From Mytilus trossulus (lineage: Eukaryota): a stretch of DNA of 64,000 nucleotides. The notes below the pieces were generated by a model. It made no database searches. It had not been told where the DNA came from and saw only the letters and a list, made by a program, of their open reading frames with translations. The translations under genes were made by a program, and so were the position numbers. Position 1 is the stretch's first letter; each line of letters begins with the position of its first letter. Location of the stretch: positions 57,908,001 through 57,972,000 of the forward strand of contig NC_086386.1 of NCBI RefSeq assembly GCF_036588685.1, written 5' to 3'. Positions 26,263 to 38,334 of this stretch are shown here, one piece after another.

Positions 26263-27309
26263 TCTTAAATATATTCTTTATATTGCTATTTTTTATGCTG
26301 ATTAACTGTTTGATGCCCACGACGACTTCCAACATCATGTTTGAAGCGTAAATGGCGATGATAACATTAGCATTAATCCCGCTAACACTTTAAATCTCGT
26401 CACATTCTGTATGTATGTGCCTGTCCAAAGTCAGGAGCCTATAATACAGTGGTTGTCGTTTGTCTTTATGTTACATAATTGTTTTTCGTTCATTTTATAC
26501 ATAAATAAGCCGTTAGTTTTCTCGTTTAATGGTTTTACATTGTCATGTCGGGGCCATTTATAGCTGACTAATGCGGTATGGGCTTTGGTCATTGTTGAAG
26601 GCCGTATGGTGACCTTTTGTTGTTAATTTCTATGTCATTCTGGTTCCTTGTGGAGAGTTTTCTCATTGGCAATCATATCACATCTCCTTTTTTTTGTATA
26701 TAATGTCTTTAATACATGAATTAAGGGGAACAAAATACGAAGGAGTTTGAAATAACGTTATCGCAAAACTAAAGTTGAAATTCACCATTCATGTTAAAAT
26801 ACACAAAATAGCGATTACATGAAAAGACCAGTTAAAGTGAGTAAGTTATAACAGAAAAACAATAAAAAATGTATCAATGTTACAACTACGGTGCGTATTG
26901 CAATGTGTTTCTTTATTCTTCATTGGCTAGAGGTATAGGGGGAGGATTAAGATCTCACGAAACATGTTCAACCCGTCGCATGTTTGCGCCTATTACAAGC
27001 CAGGAGCCTTTGGCCTTTGTTAGTCTTGTATGTTTTTTTTAATTTAAGTTCATTTATATGTTTTGGAGTTTTATAGTGTGATGTCCATTTTTACTGAACT
27101 AGTACACAATTTTGTTTAGGGGCCAGCTGAGGACCACTTCCGGGTATGCGGGATTTTATTGTTGCGTTAAAGACAAAATGGTGTCCTTCAGCTGATGTCT
27201 ACTATTTGGTCGGGTTGCTGTCTCTTTGACATATTCTCCATTTCCATTCTCAATTTTACATGTACTTTGTAATTGTTTTGCGGTAATCAGTATTCTATTT
27301 TACAGATTA

Positions 27310-30300
27310 ATGAATGATCGAACGAAACGACACATATCTGTTTTCAAGAAGTGCCCCAGCAAAGTCTACTTGAGAAGTGATACGGTTTTCTTGAAACATT
27401 TCAGAGAAAAACAAAAGTCAAGGCAACACGAATTAACAGAAGGTATGGTTTATTTAATTGTTTACCCGTGAAAAGCACACGAAAGACCGCCGGGTTTAAG
27501 TGGAATGTATGTGCTCGTCTCTATATTTTGTACTCGGTTATTTTTTTTCGATCATCGTTTTTGTTAATTGCCAAGGCATTGTCAGTTTCCGACGTATGGG
27601 TGTGGATATTCTTTTGGTATCGTTGCCTCTCTTTTGCAAAAATCAGCAGGATTTTATACTTAACTTAAAATAAACGACAGTCATTCCATGGTTATTTATA
27701 AATAATACTCAGGTTTCATTTATTAAAAAGTCAATAACACTGCTGAAAATGTAATCCCTATACATGTAAGTGTAAAAGCATCAACAACTCAATATTTGTT
27801 ACTTTTATAGCAATCTAATTGTTTGAATAATTTTGTTCTTGTTCCATTTTTTTGGCCAGTTTGTTTTGTCTTGTTTAAATAAAATCAAGTACCCTTATGC
27901 ATAGCGTTACATGTATTCATCGAAAGAAGGATATAGAAAGATACTGCACCATTCCTTACAAATACAAAATTCAAAACCATTTAAAGTTTTGGCTGTTATT
28001 TAGATAATGACAGAAAAAGACAATACATGTCTGAATCTGGATTGAACATACATTTTTGTAATTGTCCAGATGCAATATTAGTTTAAACATATTTATTTAT
28101 AGTGGATTGGGAAACAAGTTTTACAACTTATATTAATCCCTTTCCACTTTGCGGTATTGGCGCGAAATCGAAATCTTCGGGCTGCAATACAACAACTGTG
28201 TATACGTGGATAATACAACTATGTGTGTCATTTATTTCAGAACAAAGAAAAATATTAGAAAAGAAGAAATATATTTTCAGAAAAACTGCTTTTCTTCATC
28301 AAAATCTTCAACAGAAACTTCTGGTACCACTTCGTTGTTTGTTTTCACAGATTGGAAATGATAAGTTTGAGTTACACATGCTACCAGATTATGTGGAAAG
28401 CGTCTTGACAATACTCAAGGTGATTACAGGAATTTCTTGTTTTAGTCAAGTATTTGTTTTGTTATGAAATTTGATTATCAAATATTACCTGTAGCAAAGA
28501 ATTTCTGAAATTCAAATTAAATATATACCAAGGTCGACTTTATATGTAGGCGGTGTTCCCTGCTCCAAAAACCCTAAAGAATAGGCTGAAGTAAAAGAAG
28601 AGAAATTGAGAGGGATTGAGCCAACACCATTTCAAGGGTTTTTCCCCATTGAATCATTACAAGGAAAACAACAAGTATCATAGAATTGCTGGGTCCTTAG
28701 CGGTCCCAGACCCCCTGCATATTTTTCACATTCATACCAACGCAAAATATAAGATATGCATCTTTATATATTCAAAACCGGGAATACTATTTGAACAGAG
28801 CTTGTTGACTTGTCCGTTGTTTATTTGATTTAAATATTTTAAGACAACTTGCAGGTTTAATTTATTAAGAAATACTGTCACGATTAACTGAAGTGCAAGG
28901 AATTTTTTTTTAACAAGAATGTGTCCACAGTACACGGATGCCCCACTCACACTATCATTTTCTATGTTTACTGGACCGTGAAATTGGAATAAATTCTCTA
29001 ATTTGGCATTAAAATTATAATGATCTTATCAAAGGGAACATGTTTACTAAGTTTCAAGCTGATTGGACTTCAATTTCATCAAAAACTACCTTGACCAAAA
29101 ACTTTTACCTGAAGTGTAACAGACGGACGAACGGACAGACGGGCGGACGAACGAACGGACGAATGGACGCACAGACCAGAAAACATAACGCCCCTCTACT
29201 ATCGTAGGTGGGGCATACAAATGCGTGACAGCAATTTTACATGTAACCCGGAGGAAAACAGTATTTATCCGAAAACTATTTAGAAATTATATTATTCAAT
29301 ACATGTATTTAGATCTTCTGGGTGCTTATTTCATATATGAATATCTATATTCAATTTTCCTCATATGATGGTTGATTGCTTGTGTTCAGGATGACCAATA
29401 CGTACATCAACTTGATTTGTCAAATACCAAGATTGATACAACAGGAAGTCGTCTGCTGTCAGAGTTACTTACCACAAACAAGAATATAACAACCTTGGTA
29501 AGAATATAAATATGTGCAATGAAAGAGGAGAGAAAGGTTCTAGAGGGACATTCCAACTCGTAAATCGAAAATATACTGAGTGCCAACTCCATGGCTAAAA
29601 AAGAAGAAAAAAAGACAAAAGACAAACAGACAAACAATAGTACACAAAATACAACATAGCAAAACAAATACTAAAAATACACCTCCCCACCACAAACTGG
29701 GGGTGATACACCAGTCGAAGTATGATCAAACTGTTAAGTCGCCGATCGCGTGATGGTATAATCTCAACAGAAGTATTTCTGTCCTAATATTACTACTTAC
29801 ATTGCTTATTTTTTACATTTAAAAGAATCCTTTTAATTAAAAAGATTTTCTAACATCTCTACAAGTGTTTTGCTTGAAGCATGATGACTCGTTCCATTTG
29901 ATTTCTGAAATTAAATTCTCAGGGTTTTTGCGGTCTGTGCTTTTCTCGAAGCTGCTATATAATTAAAACTTCACATTGAAATACAGCCATCGATATTAGA
30001 GTGTTTTATGTAACTTTTTTCATAATTAAAGTCTTGATGGCAAATCTCTGATATATTTCTGTCATTTTTTTTCTTCTTCAATTTTTTAAGGCTCCTTTGA
30101 TTTTAAGCACGATACACTTCATTGGTGAAATTTTACACTGTGCTTAGTGTCCATTACAATAGTCTTTCTGTTATTTGTGCCGCGATGTTACTGTTGTAAA
30201 AACGTTTAGCCCACAGTGACACCTCAATTGAATTGGTAAAACAGTTTTCACTACATCTACATTCTACGTTAATCTTTCAAAGACAGAAGACTACAAATTG

Positions 30301-33300
30301 TATACACTTTTCAATACTCTTGTTGGGTTTCATCAATTTTCGAATTTTATTCTTTCAAAAAAAACCAGTTTGTGAATTTGTTCATTTGTTTACCTATTAT
30401 TTATTCTGAACAGGTCCTTAACAAGTCCGGTATGTGTGGAAAACGGTTGAAAATTTTAGTTAGGAATGGCCAGTTTGAACAGTTGGAAACAGTTGTACTA
30501 TCAGGTATGTCAACTATTTGTCCGAAAATTGATCTGAAGTTTGACGGCTTCGCCCATGTTATGACTCGCTGTGGCACATGTCTAAAACAATAATCATATA
30601 AAGGTATATAGGATTTTTTTTCTGATACAAGTGCAGGTCTTCTTGTCCAATTTCCATGCATATCATACATATGCGTTGAGACGTAGGAGCAATCTCTGAC
30701 TTGTTGACCCTTTTATGCTGCGTATAAGTACCAAACGTTGTGGTAAGTTATAAGAGTTACTTATATGAGGCTTATACAATCTAACGACATCGGAAAGTAT
30801 TTGTCGGTCAGTTTTAAAAGCAACTTGTAGCAATATTTGGCGGGAACACTTGCAACTTTGTTTCCATACCCATTAAATAAGTTATGTGCCTTTCTATAAC
30901 TTTTGAAACTACTTTAAATGTCGAGAAAAGTTGATTTATAATAAGATTTTAAAAGAAAGAAAATAAAACATCTTCTAACTTGAGGGACTTCCGGACGGGA
31001 ATCTTTTTATACAAGTTAATTTGTTCAGCACATCTAAATAAAACAAATCGATTTATTGAAATGAATATATGCAAAGAGAGAGGGAAAATATTTATATAGC
31101 AGATGTAGCAAAAATCCCGAAAAATAACATGCATGTCTTTAACTTGTACCTTAAACTATGTAGTGTTTTCTAGGAAACACCATTAACGAACATGACTGTG
31201 GTACAGTAGCTGTGATGCTAAGGGTAAGGATGATTTAATAGAGCACTTAATTATCGTTTTGAAGATGTTATTAAATTTGGGAAATCATTTGACATCAAGG
31301 AATGTATATCATTGATGCATAGCTGATTCTTCGTACGGCTTTGCTCTACTTTTGACACGGCTTTGTCAACCTTTGAACGTTTGTTTAGGTTATGGATGTT
31401 ATTGAAAAACCTTTCATGTTACTGATGGGTTTTTGTGTTATTTGTTGTTTTTCTTTTCTTTTAATTAGAAGTCAAAGAATTTGAAACGCTTCTCACTCAG
31501 GGCAAACAATATTGAAGAAAATGGATGCCAGGAATTGGCGGTAGAATTAGGTAAGTTTTAAAACAGAAATAGTCTTGAATGACGCATTTATATCTTATAT
31601 TTTCGGATATTTTATAGATACTCATTCCTCATAATATTTAAGATCAAACATTTGAGTTTTTTGATTCACATAATATATAAAATATGTAGAAGCAACATTT
31701 CTATGGTGTGTGCGTTCGCCTGTAAGTTTGTTTGTTTGCCTTACCAACCATCATATATAGATATTAAATTAAAAGATTTATTTGTTTACATTTAGAATAA
31801 CGTTGATTACAATATTAAACCACATTGATTCAGTGAAATAATTGAAGTCAATCATAACAAATATTTTCTAGGCCAACACAAAAATTTGCGAGAGCTTGAT
31901 ATGAGTTGGAACCACATTAGAAGACATGGAGCAATTAACATATCTAGAGCAATCAAGGTAAATATTTTTCAATAAGATTAGAAGATATTTGTCTTTGATA
32001 ACATAAAAGGGTGTCAAAAGTATCTATAATACTGTCTTTGTAAAAATAAGATGTTGTATGCATGATTGTCAATGATAATACAATTCGCCACCAGAGATCA
32101 AATGACAAAGAAGTTTTGCAATAGTGCTTTATAAATGAGCAAACCCATGCACACCACATTTAGCAAGCAACAAAAGGCTACAAATCGGCAAATGTAAAAC
32201 AATTCCAAAGACTGAACTAAGGGCATGATTTATGTACTTGTCAATACAAAACAATTGACGAAAAACAAACAACCACTGAATTACAGGTTCCTGGCTTGCG
32301 ACAGTCAGAGTTGCGGGTCGCCTGTCCTCCCACTAACTATCTGGAACAATGATGTAGCAATACAACATATGAATAAAGGCCACCAATGGATATCAACACC
32401 GTGAGAAAATCCAGCTTTAGGAGGCCCGCTTCAGCTAGCCCCAATACTAAAATGTGTACTAGTTCAGTGAAAACGACGATGCGTTTTTGCTTATTAAAAT
32501 GATCTAATGATGACTCTCTTTCCGATGAGACATAGTAAATGTAAAATTAAAGAGTAGTATATCATTATTTTAATGTACAACTTTAAAAGTTAGTTGCTGT
32601 ATCTATAATAAAAAAAAAATTAATAAAAAAAAAATGAAACTGTGTTGCGATTTTGTTTTTTTCTTGTATTTGTTTCGTTATTTGCTTTTTTCGGGGATGT
32701 CAGTAAGCATTGTCTTTGACGTCAAAATAGTTAAACAAATTATAGAATTGTGGCAATAATCACGTATACCACATTATTGTGTTTTAGAATAATCTCTCAT
32801 TGACACATGTTAATGTGTCTTGGAATGGTTTTGCGTTTGAAGGATGTTCTGCACTGTCGGAGGCTTTGGAGAACAACAAAAATCTAATAGAACTTGATTT
32901 AAGTTGGAATAGAGTTCACCCACCTGCATTGCTAGAGCTAATGAAGGGATTATGCAGGAATGCAACGCTTCAAAACCTCAATGTATGTATGCATTGGAAT
33001 ATTAGAGAGCAGATATAAAGGGGCCAATAACAATACGAAATATAAAAAGAATTCTTATAACATCATACAGAACACTAACATTGACATGATTGAAGAAAAC
33101 AGACTTTATAGATGATTTAATTTGTGTTTAAAATCTGTTACTAGTATATGAAGGTTTAACTACAAGTCTCACATAAACTTAACATTATGAAATATACATG
33201 AAAATGAGGTCACGGTCATACGAACCAGGTCAGACAGAGCACATGTACAACGTACAATCATTTCATACACCAAATATATTGGTCTTATCGCTCATAGTCC

Positions 33301-36300
33301 AAAAAGCAGTTAAACTATAAAATTTATCAAACAACAATGAAAATGAGGTCAAGATCACATGAATCCAGTCAGATTGACATGTACGCTTTAAAATTATTCC
33401 ATACATCAAATATAACTGACCCATAGCTTTATGGTATCTGGTAAATTGACAAAACCACGAAAATTTGACTAATGAACCATGAAAGTTAGGTCAAGGTCAG
33501 ATGAAATCTGCCAGTCAGACATGTAGATCTTGCAATCAAAAACTAATATGGCGACGTTGGTCCTATTGCTTATACCATCTGAGATATGGTGATTTGCATG
33601 ATCAAAATAATCTCAGAAAATCCTAAAATTGTAATGTTGAACATCTTTTGTAGTTGAGCCACAATCCGATTACGCCACCTTTCACATCTATTTTCCTTCA
33701 AGCTTTATTTGATACTAACTTTACTGGATTAACAGAAATAATAATGGAGGTAAAGTTTGTACAACTCATATTAGTTCAAATATAATTTCAAACTTGGCAA
33801 TATAAATCAATTTAAAATCTTGTGGAATGAATAAACGTGTTCAACCAAGGAGGTTATATAACCTCATTGATTCAACTTACTGAAAAATCGAACTGTTAAT
33901 GATATTTTAGTGCTGCATAGACAATTTACGAGTGTGAGATACCTAAACCGAAGAACAAGGATAATTCAATTATGTCAGCACAGAAGCTACTGCATGGGCT
34001 TGTGAAAACCCTCGGAAAAAACCAGCAGTGGCATCGATACGGCATTTAACATTATGATTCAAAAACACAAATAAAATCATTGAAACAAAAACAAAAAATT
34101 CTACACTAAAAACTTTTTAAAAACTTTTAACAGCTTTAAATTATATTTTATGTAGAAAATAGTTGTTGACCACGATTTTCCAGAAATATTGCAAAAGATA
34201 CAAGAACATCAAGAACTTAAAGTTATATTTGAAAAAGCCTTGCCATTACGTGTTAGACCCGATAAACTCCGAATGGAGGTACAAGGATCTGCAGTGTTCA
34301 ACATGGATCCTTTGAAACTATTGTATTTGCTGAAGGAAAAGAACCGAGCTCAAGATTTCTTCAATAAAATAAACAAAGACAATAATGATGTATTGACCAT
34401 TGACGAAATACAGACACTTTTTACAGTGAGTTTGAATATAATCATTTACTTCTTTTAAATAAATATATATAGATAAGATGTTGTGTGAGTTCCAATGACC
34501 TTTAATGGTTTTCTTTTATAAATTGTGACTTGGATGGAGTTGTCTCATTGGAACGCATACTACATCTTCCTATATCTTATTCTATAAAGGGCTCACAAAT
34601 TACTAGTGTAAAAGAATTGGAACAGTAAAACCAACGATTTAATCTTATCTATATAAAAAAACGAGAAACACCTTTGAACCACATGTGCACCAAGAAGTGA
34701 CAATCACTGAATAACAGGCTCCGGACTTTTGAACAAGTTAAATGACGCCAAACCACCCTCCTAACGGCAAACCAGGGCAAGTGGTGTAACAGCATGCACA
34801 AAACTAGATCACACTATACAAACCAATGAACGAAGCACAATTATGATAAAGTGTAACAAACAACAACAATTGTTTACTAAACAATGTATTCACAGGTCAA
34901 ACTGTGAATAAAAGTGTAGTCCCGAGGGTTGGGCGATGTTTCGTGTCTCGTATAATTTATGTACTAGTATACTGGTTTATGAAAAATAATAATAATAACT
35001 AACTAAAAGTATAAAATATACTAGCTCTTAACAATGGTAAATAAACGTGTTTTTATAAAATGATTACAAGATATACGTTTTTGGTTAATTTGTGTTAAAT
35101 CCCTGTAGTTGAACAAAAACTGAGAACCCCTTTATTAATAAATGAACAGAGTTCCGCTTTCATCCGAGTTGCACATATTTTATTTATTAAGGTACAATGG
35201 TTATAACTTATAAAAGCAACCTGTTTTTATTTTTTATTAATATCTTAGAGAAATCAAGGCATGACAGCAAATGCAATATGATTTCTATTATAACTTGTAT
35301 TCCCAAGGGGCATAACTCTGTAAAAATATATTATCAGCACATAAAAAGTGTCAAATACATTGCTGATAAAAACCTATGATAAACGTTTTTTTAAATTCTG
35401 GGATAATTGTACACATGATATCAACAATATACGACGAAATTTTTTTCAAAATTTGCGGTCGTATAAAAAGAAGATGTGGTATGATTACCAATGAGACAAC
35501 TCTCCACAAGAGACTAGACTGACACAGAAATTAACATTTATAGGTCACCATACGACCTTCAACAATGAACAATTTGCCAAAGCCCATACCGCATAGTCAG
35601 CTATAAAAGTTCCCTGTAATGACAATGTAAAACAATTAAAAACAAGAAAAACTAACGGCCTTATATAAAAAAAAAACTGAAACACAAATTTGTAACACAT
35701 AAACAAACGACAACCACTGAATTACAGGAACCTGACTTGGTACTGACACATACATGAGAACGCTGACAATGCCACTTTTAATAAAATCAATATTTCAAGG
35801 GGGAATAAATCTTTTGAAAATAACATTCGGCACTGATTTTTGACCATGTCAAAGACATTGCTTATAAGAACCTATGATATAATTTTCAAAACAATCTGAC
35901 GAGACTTGTACACGTGAGAGCGCTAACAAGCCCGGGCCTATTGACGCACAGACGGGCGGATAAACGCACAGATAAGCGAACAGACGCCGGGTGTCTCTAT
36001 ATCCCCGCAACGCATTGCATAGGGAACAATAAACATAAATGGGGTTAGGTCCATCCTGTGTTTTTCCAATATTTTGATTAGAAACTTTCCGTTTTGAATT
36101 TTCATCGAAGTTCAGTATTTCTTGTGATTTTACTTTTCACTTCCTAAATATCATCTGGTATTCTGAGCTATTCTGCTATGCAATGATCACATCATTTGTG
36201 CATACAAAATCCATCTTTGCTTTATACTTGTGCGACGCAGTTTAATTAGTATATATACTAAAGCAGATTATTATATATTACAGGATATGGGCGTGTCCGT

Positions 36301-37063
36301 GACTAGAAGTGTTGTCGAGAAAATAATGGACTTCATGGATACTGATAACAGCGGTTCCATAGATTTAGGGTAGTATTTATTTTTGATGAAAACATGTTAT
36401 TTTCGATTACACGGTTTATATGGTGACAAAAAAAGTGACATAGAAGATAAAATACATAATTTTAGTATTTGTGTCCAAAAGGAAAAGCAAAAAAAAAAAA
36501 AAAAAAAGAAGTTTAGAATTTATTACGACTTATTAGCGTGTTTTGTGTCTATAATATGATTAAGAAGATGTGGCATGAGTGTCAATGAGACAACACTCCA
36601 TCCATGCAAGTCATAATGTATAAAAAGATAACAATTATACACCAAAGAACTGCCTCTAACACGAAGGATCGGCTCACACCGAACAAAAAGCAATAAAGAA
36701 CCATTTATAGTCTATAAGCCTGTCCGGATCAATACAATTACCTGATAAAAAAACAACAAAAAAACCCAACTAGCTTAGGATCGAGTTTTGTTTGTGAAGC
36801 ATACATGTATTTGTAAAAATATCTTCATTTGTACTTGTTATTACAGAGAATTCTTGGAAGGCGACAGAAGAATCAGAAAAATGTCCCGAGATTTTGCTCG
36901 TTCTTCTCGCCAACAAATTAAACAGGAATACAACAAATACTCGAGGTCCTTTACTAGAGCACACATAGATCCTATGACATTTCAGTTGAAGATACAAGAA
37001 CCAAAACAACTACTCCCGCCAATTCAGTCAAGGGAGCCATCCATTTCTCCAGTAATGCGTTAA
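27310..37063 (+). CDS. Leucine-rich repeat (RI-like) protein with C-terminal EF-hand pair, LRRC74-like; 12 coding exons, about 530 aa
   Basis: Exons 27310-27442, 28241-28419, 29390-29497, 30414-30504, 31174-31223, 31469-31550, 31872-31957, 32788-32982, 33654-33749, 34156-34425, 36284-36369, 36847-37063. All GT-AG with consistent phases (1593 nt). LRRs LDLSNTKI, LRELDMSWNHI, LTHVNVSWNGF, LIELDLSWNRV, LNLSHNPI; EF-hand loops NKDNNDVLTIDE and DTDNSGSIDLGE. Start codon tentative. Confidence 0.88.
28912..29218 (+). mobile_element. Non-autonomous Helentron/DINE-like element
   Basis: Starts AACAAGAATGTGTCC after a T-run; (GACG/AACG)n microsatellite at 29120-29170; 3' stem-loop GCCCC...GGGGC. Related partial copy at about 38173-38420. 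Confidence 0.6.
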
Positions 37064-37313
37064 GATGCATCAAACAAAATTAATCTTCAAGTATCTCAGA
37101 CTCAAACACTAGACGATACAGCAATCAAAAAAAGCGTCACATCGATCCTATGACATTTCAGTTGAAGATTCAAGAACCAATACAACTACTTCCGCCAATT
37201 CAGTCAAGAGAGCCATCCATTTCTCCAGTAATGCGTTAACAAATTGTCAAGGATCACACAAATCTTAACGTGTCTCAGTCTCAAACATCAGATAATACAG
37301 CGATGAAAGCATC
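36962..37313 (+). repeat. 176-bp tandem duplication spanning the stop codon of the LRR gene
   Basis: 36962-37137 versus 37138-about 37313; both copies contain ...CCAGTAATGCGTTAA. Confidence 0.92.
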
Positions 37314-38217
37314 ACAACGAGGCTACAGACGATACTTGTATAGGAAGTTGAAAATGAAATCATAGAAACCAAAAGACCTATGTCGTTAGAAAGGATGATT
37401 AACAATTTTCTTCTGTCATCTTCTTGACTAATATCCTATCATTTCCCAATCAATGCGGCTTTTGCCAACCTGTTTGCTCTGTGGTGTCATGTACATGTAT
37501 GAGGGAGCATTCGATGATTTCTAACGTGATGACTTTTCTGTAAATCTTATAAATAGTGCTGAACATATTTGCTGTTTACGATTTGTTTTTATTTGCCATA
37601 GTTTCTGGAAAAAGCTAAATATGTCTTTTAATAACTCAAATAAGGGATCCACTGACTATCAAGCCGAAAGGTTTGCCTAAAATTGCTTACATCAACTTCA
37701 TTTTGAACTTTGTAGGATAATTGTCTCATCATGCTCATTGGCAAACATAACACAAAATCTGTATTTTCATTGGTATTGGAATCAGCAATATCAGTGTTGA
37801 CAACTGTCACTGCCTTTATTAAATGTTATACACAACAGCTCACATGGATTTTGCTTTTTCCACCTGCCCACCGTGGGCAGTCCACCCGTGCCCACTCTAC
37901 CTATAATCTCTTTTTTTGTAAAAATATGTATTGCAAATGCTAATCTGCTTTTTTCAAGTGATTGTACTTGAAAGTCTTCAGATAAAACAAAAGAAATTGC
38001 ATGCCCACTCCTATGAGTGTGCAGAGTGGACAAGGAAGAAATTTTGCCAACCCTGTGCCCACTCAACCGTTGACTGAAAACATCTGACCATAATTACGTT
38101 GAACAGTTGATAATCCTCCCTTGCATCCCTGTCAGGTATGCTCTAATTGGTTTAGTTTTTGAGATATAAAACAACAAGAATATGTCCATAGTACATAGAT
38201 GCACCATTCAAACTATT

Positions 38218-38334
38218 ATTTTCTATGTTCATTGGACCTTGAAATTGTTTTCTATGTTCATTGGACCTTGAAATTGTTTTCTATGTTCATTGGACCTTGA
38301 AATTGTTTTCTATGTTCACTGGACCTTGAAATTG
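38218..38334. repeat. 29-30-bp tandem repeat, 4 copies, inside a DINE-like fragment
   Basis: Unit TTTTCTATGTTCATTGGACCTTGAAATTG. Confidence 0.9.

Noticed and set aside
37628-38130. - strand ORFs of 60 and 91 aa as a transposase
   Set aside because: No recognisable motifs. CAGGG-type ends nearby suggest non-coding hAT-like remnants, but no paired TIR/TSD could be fixed.
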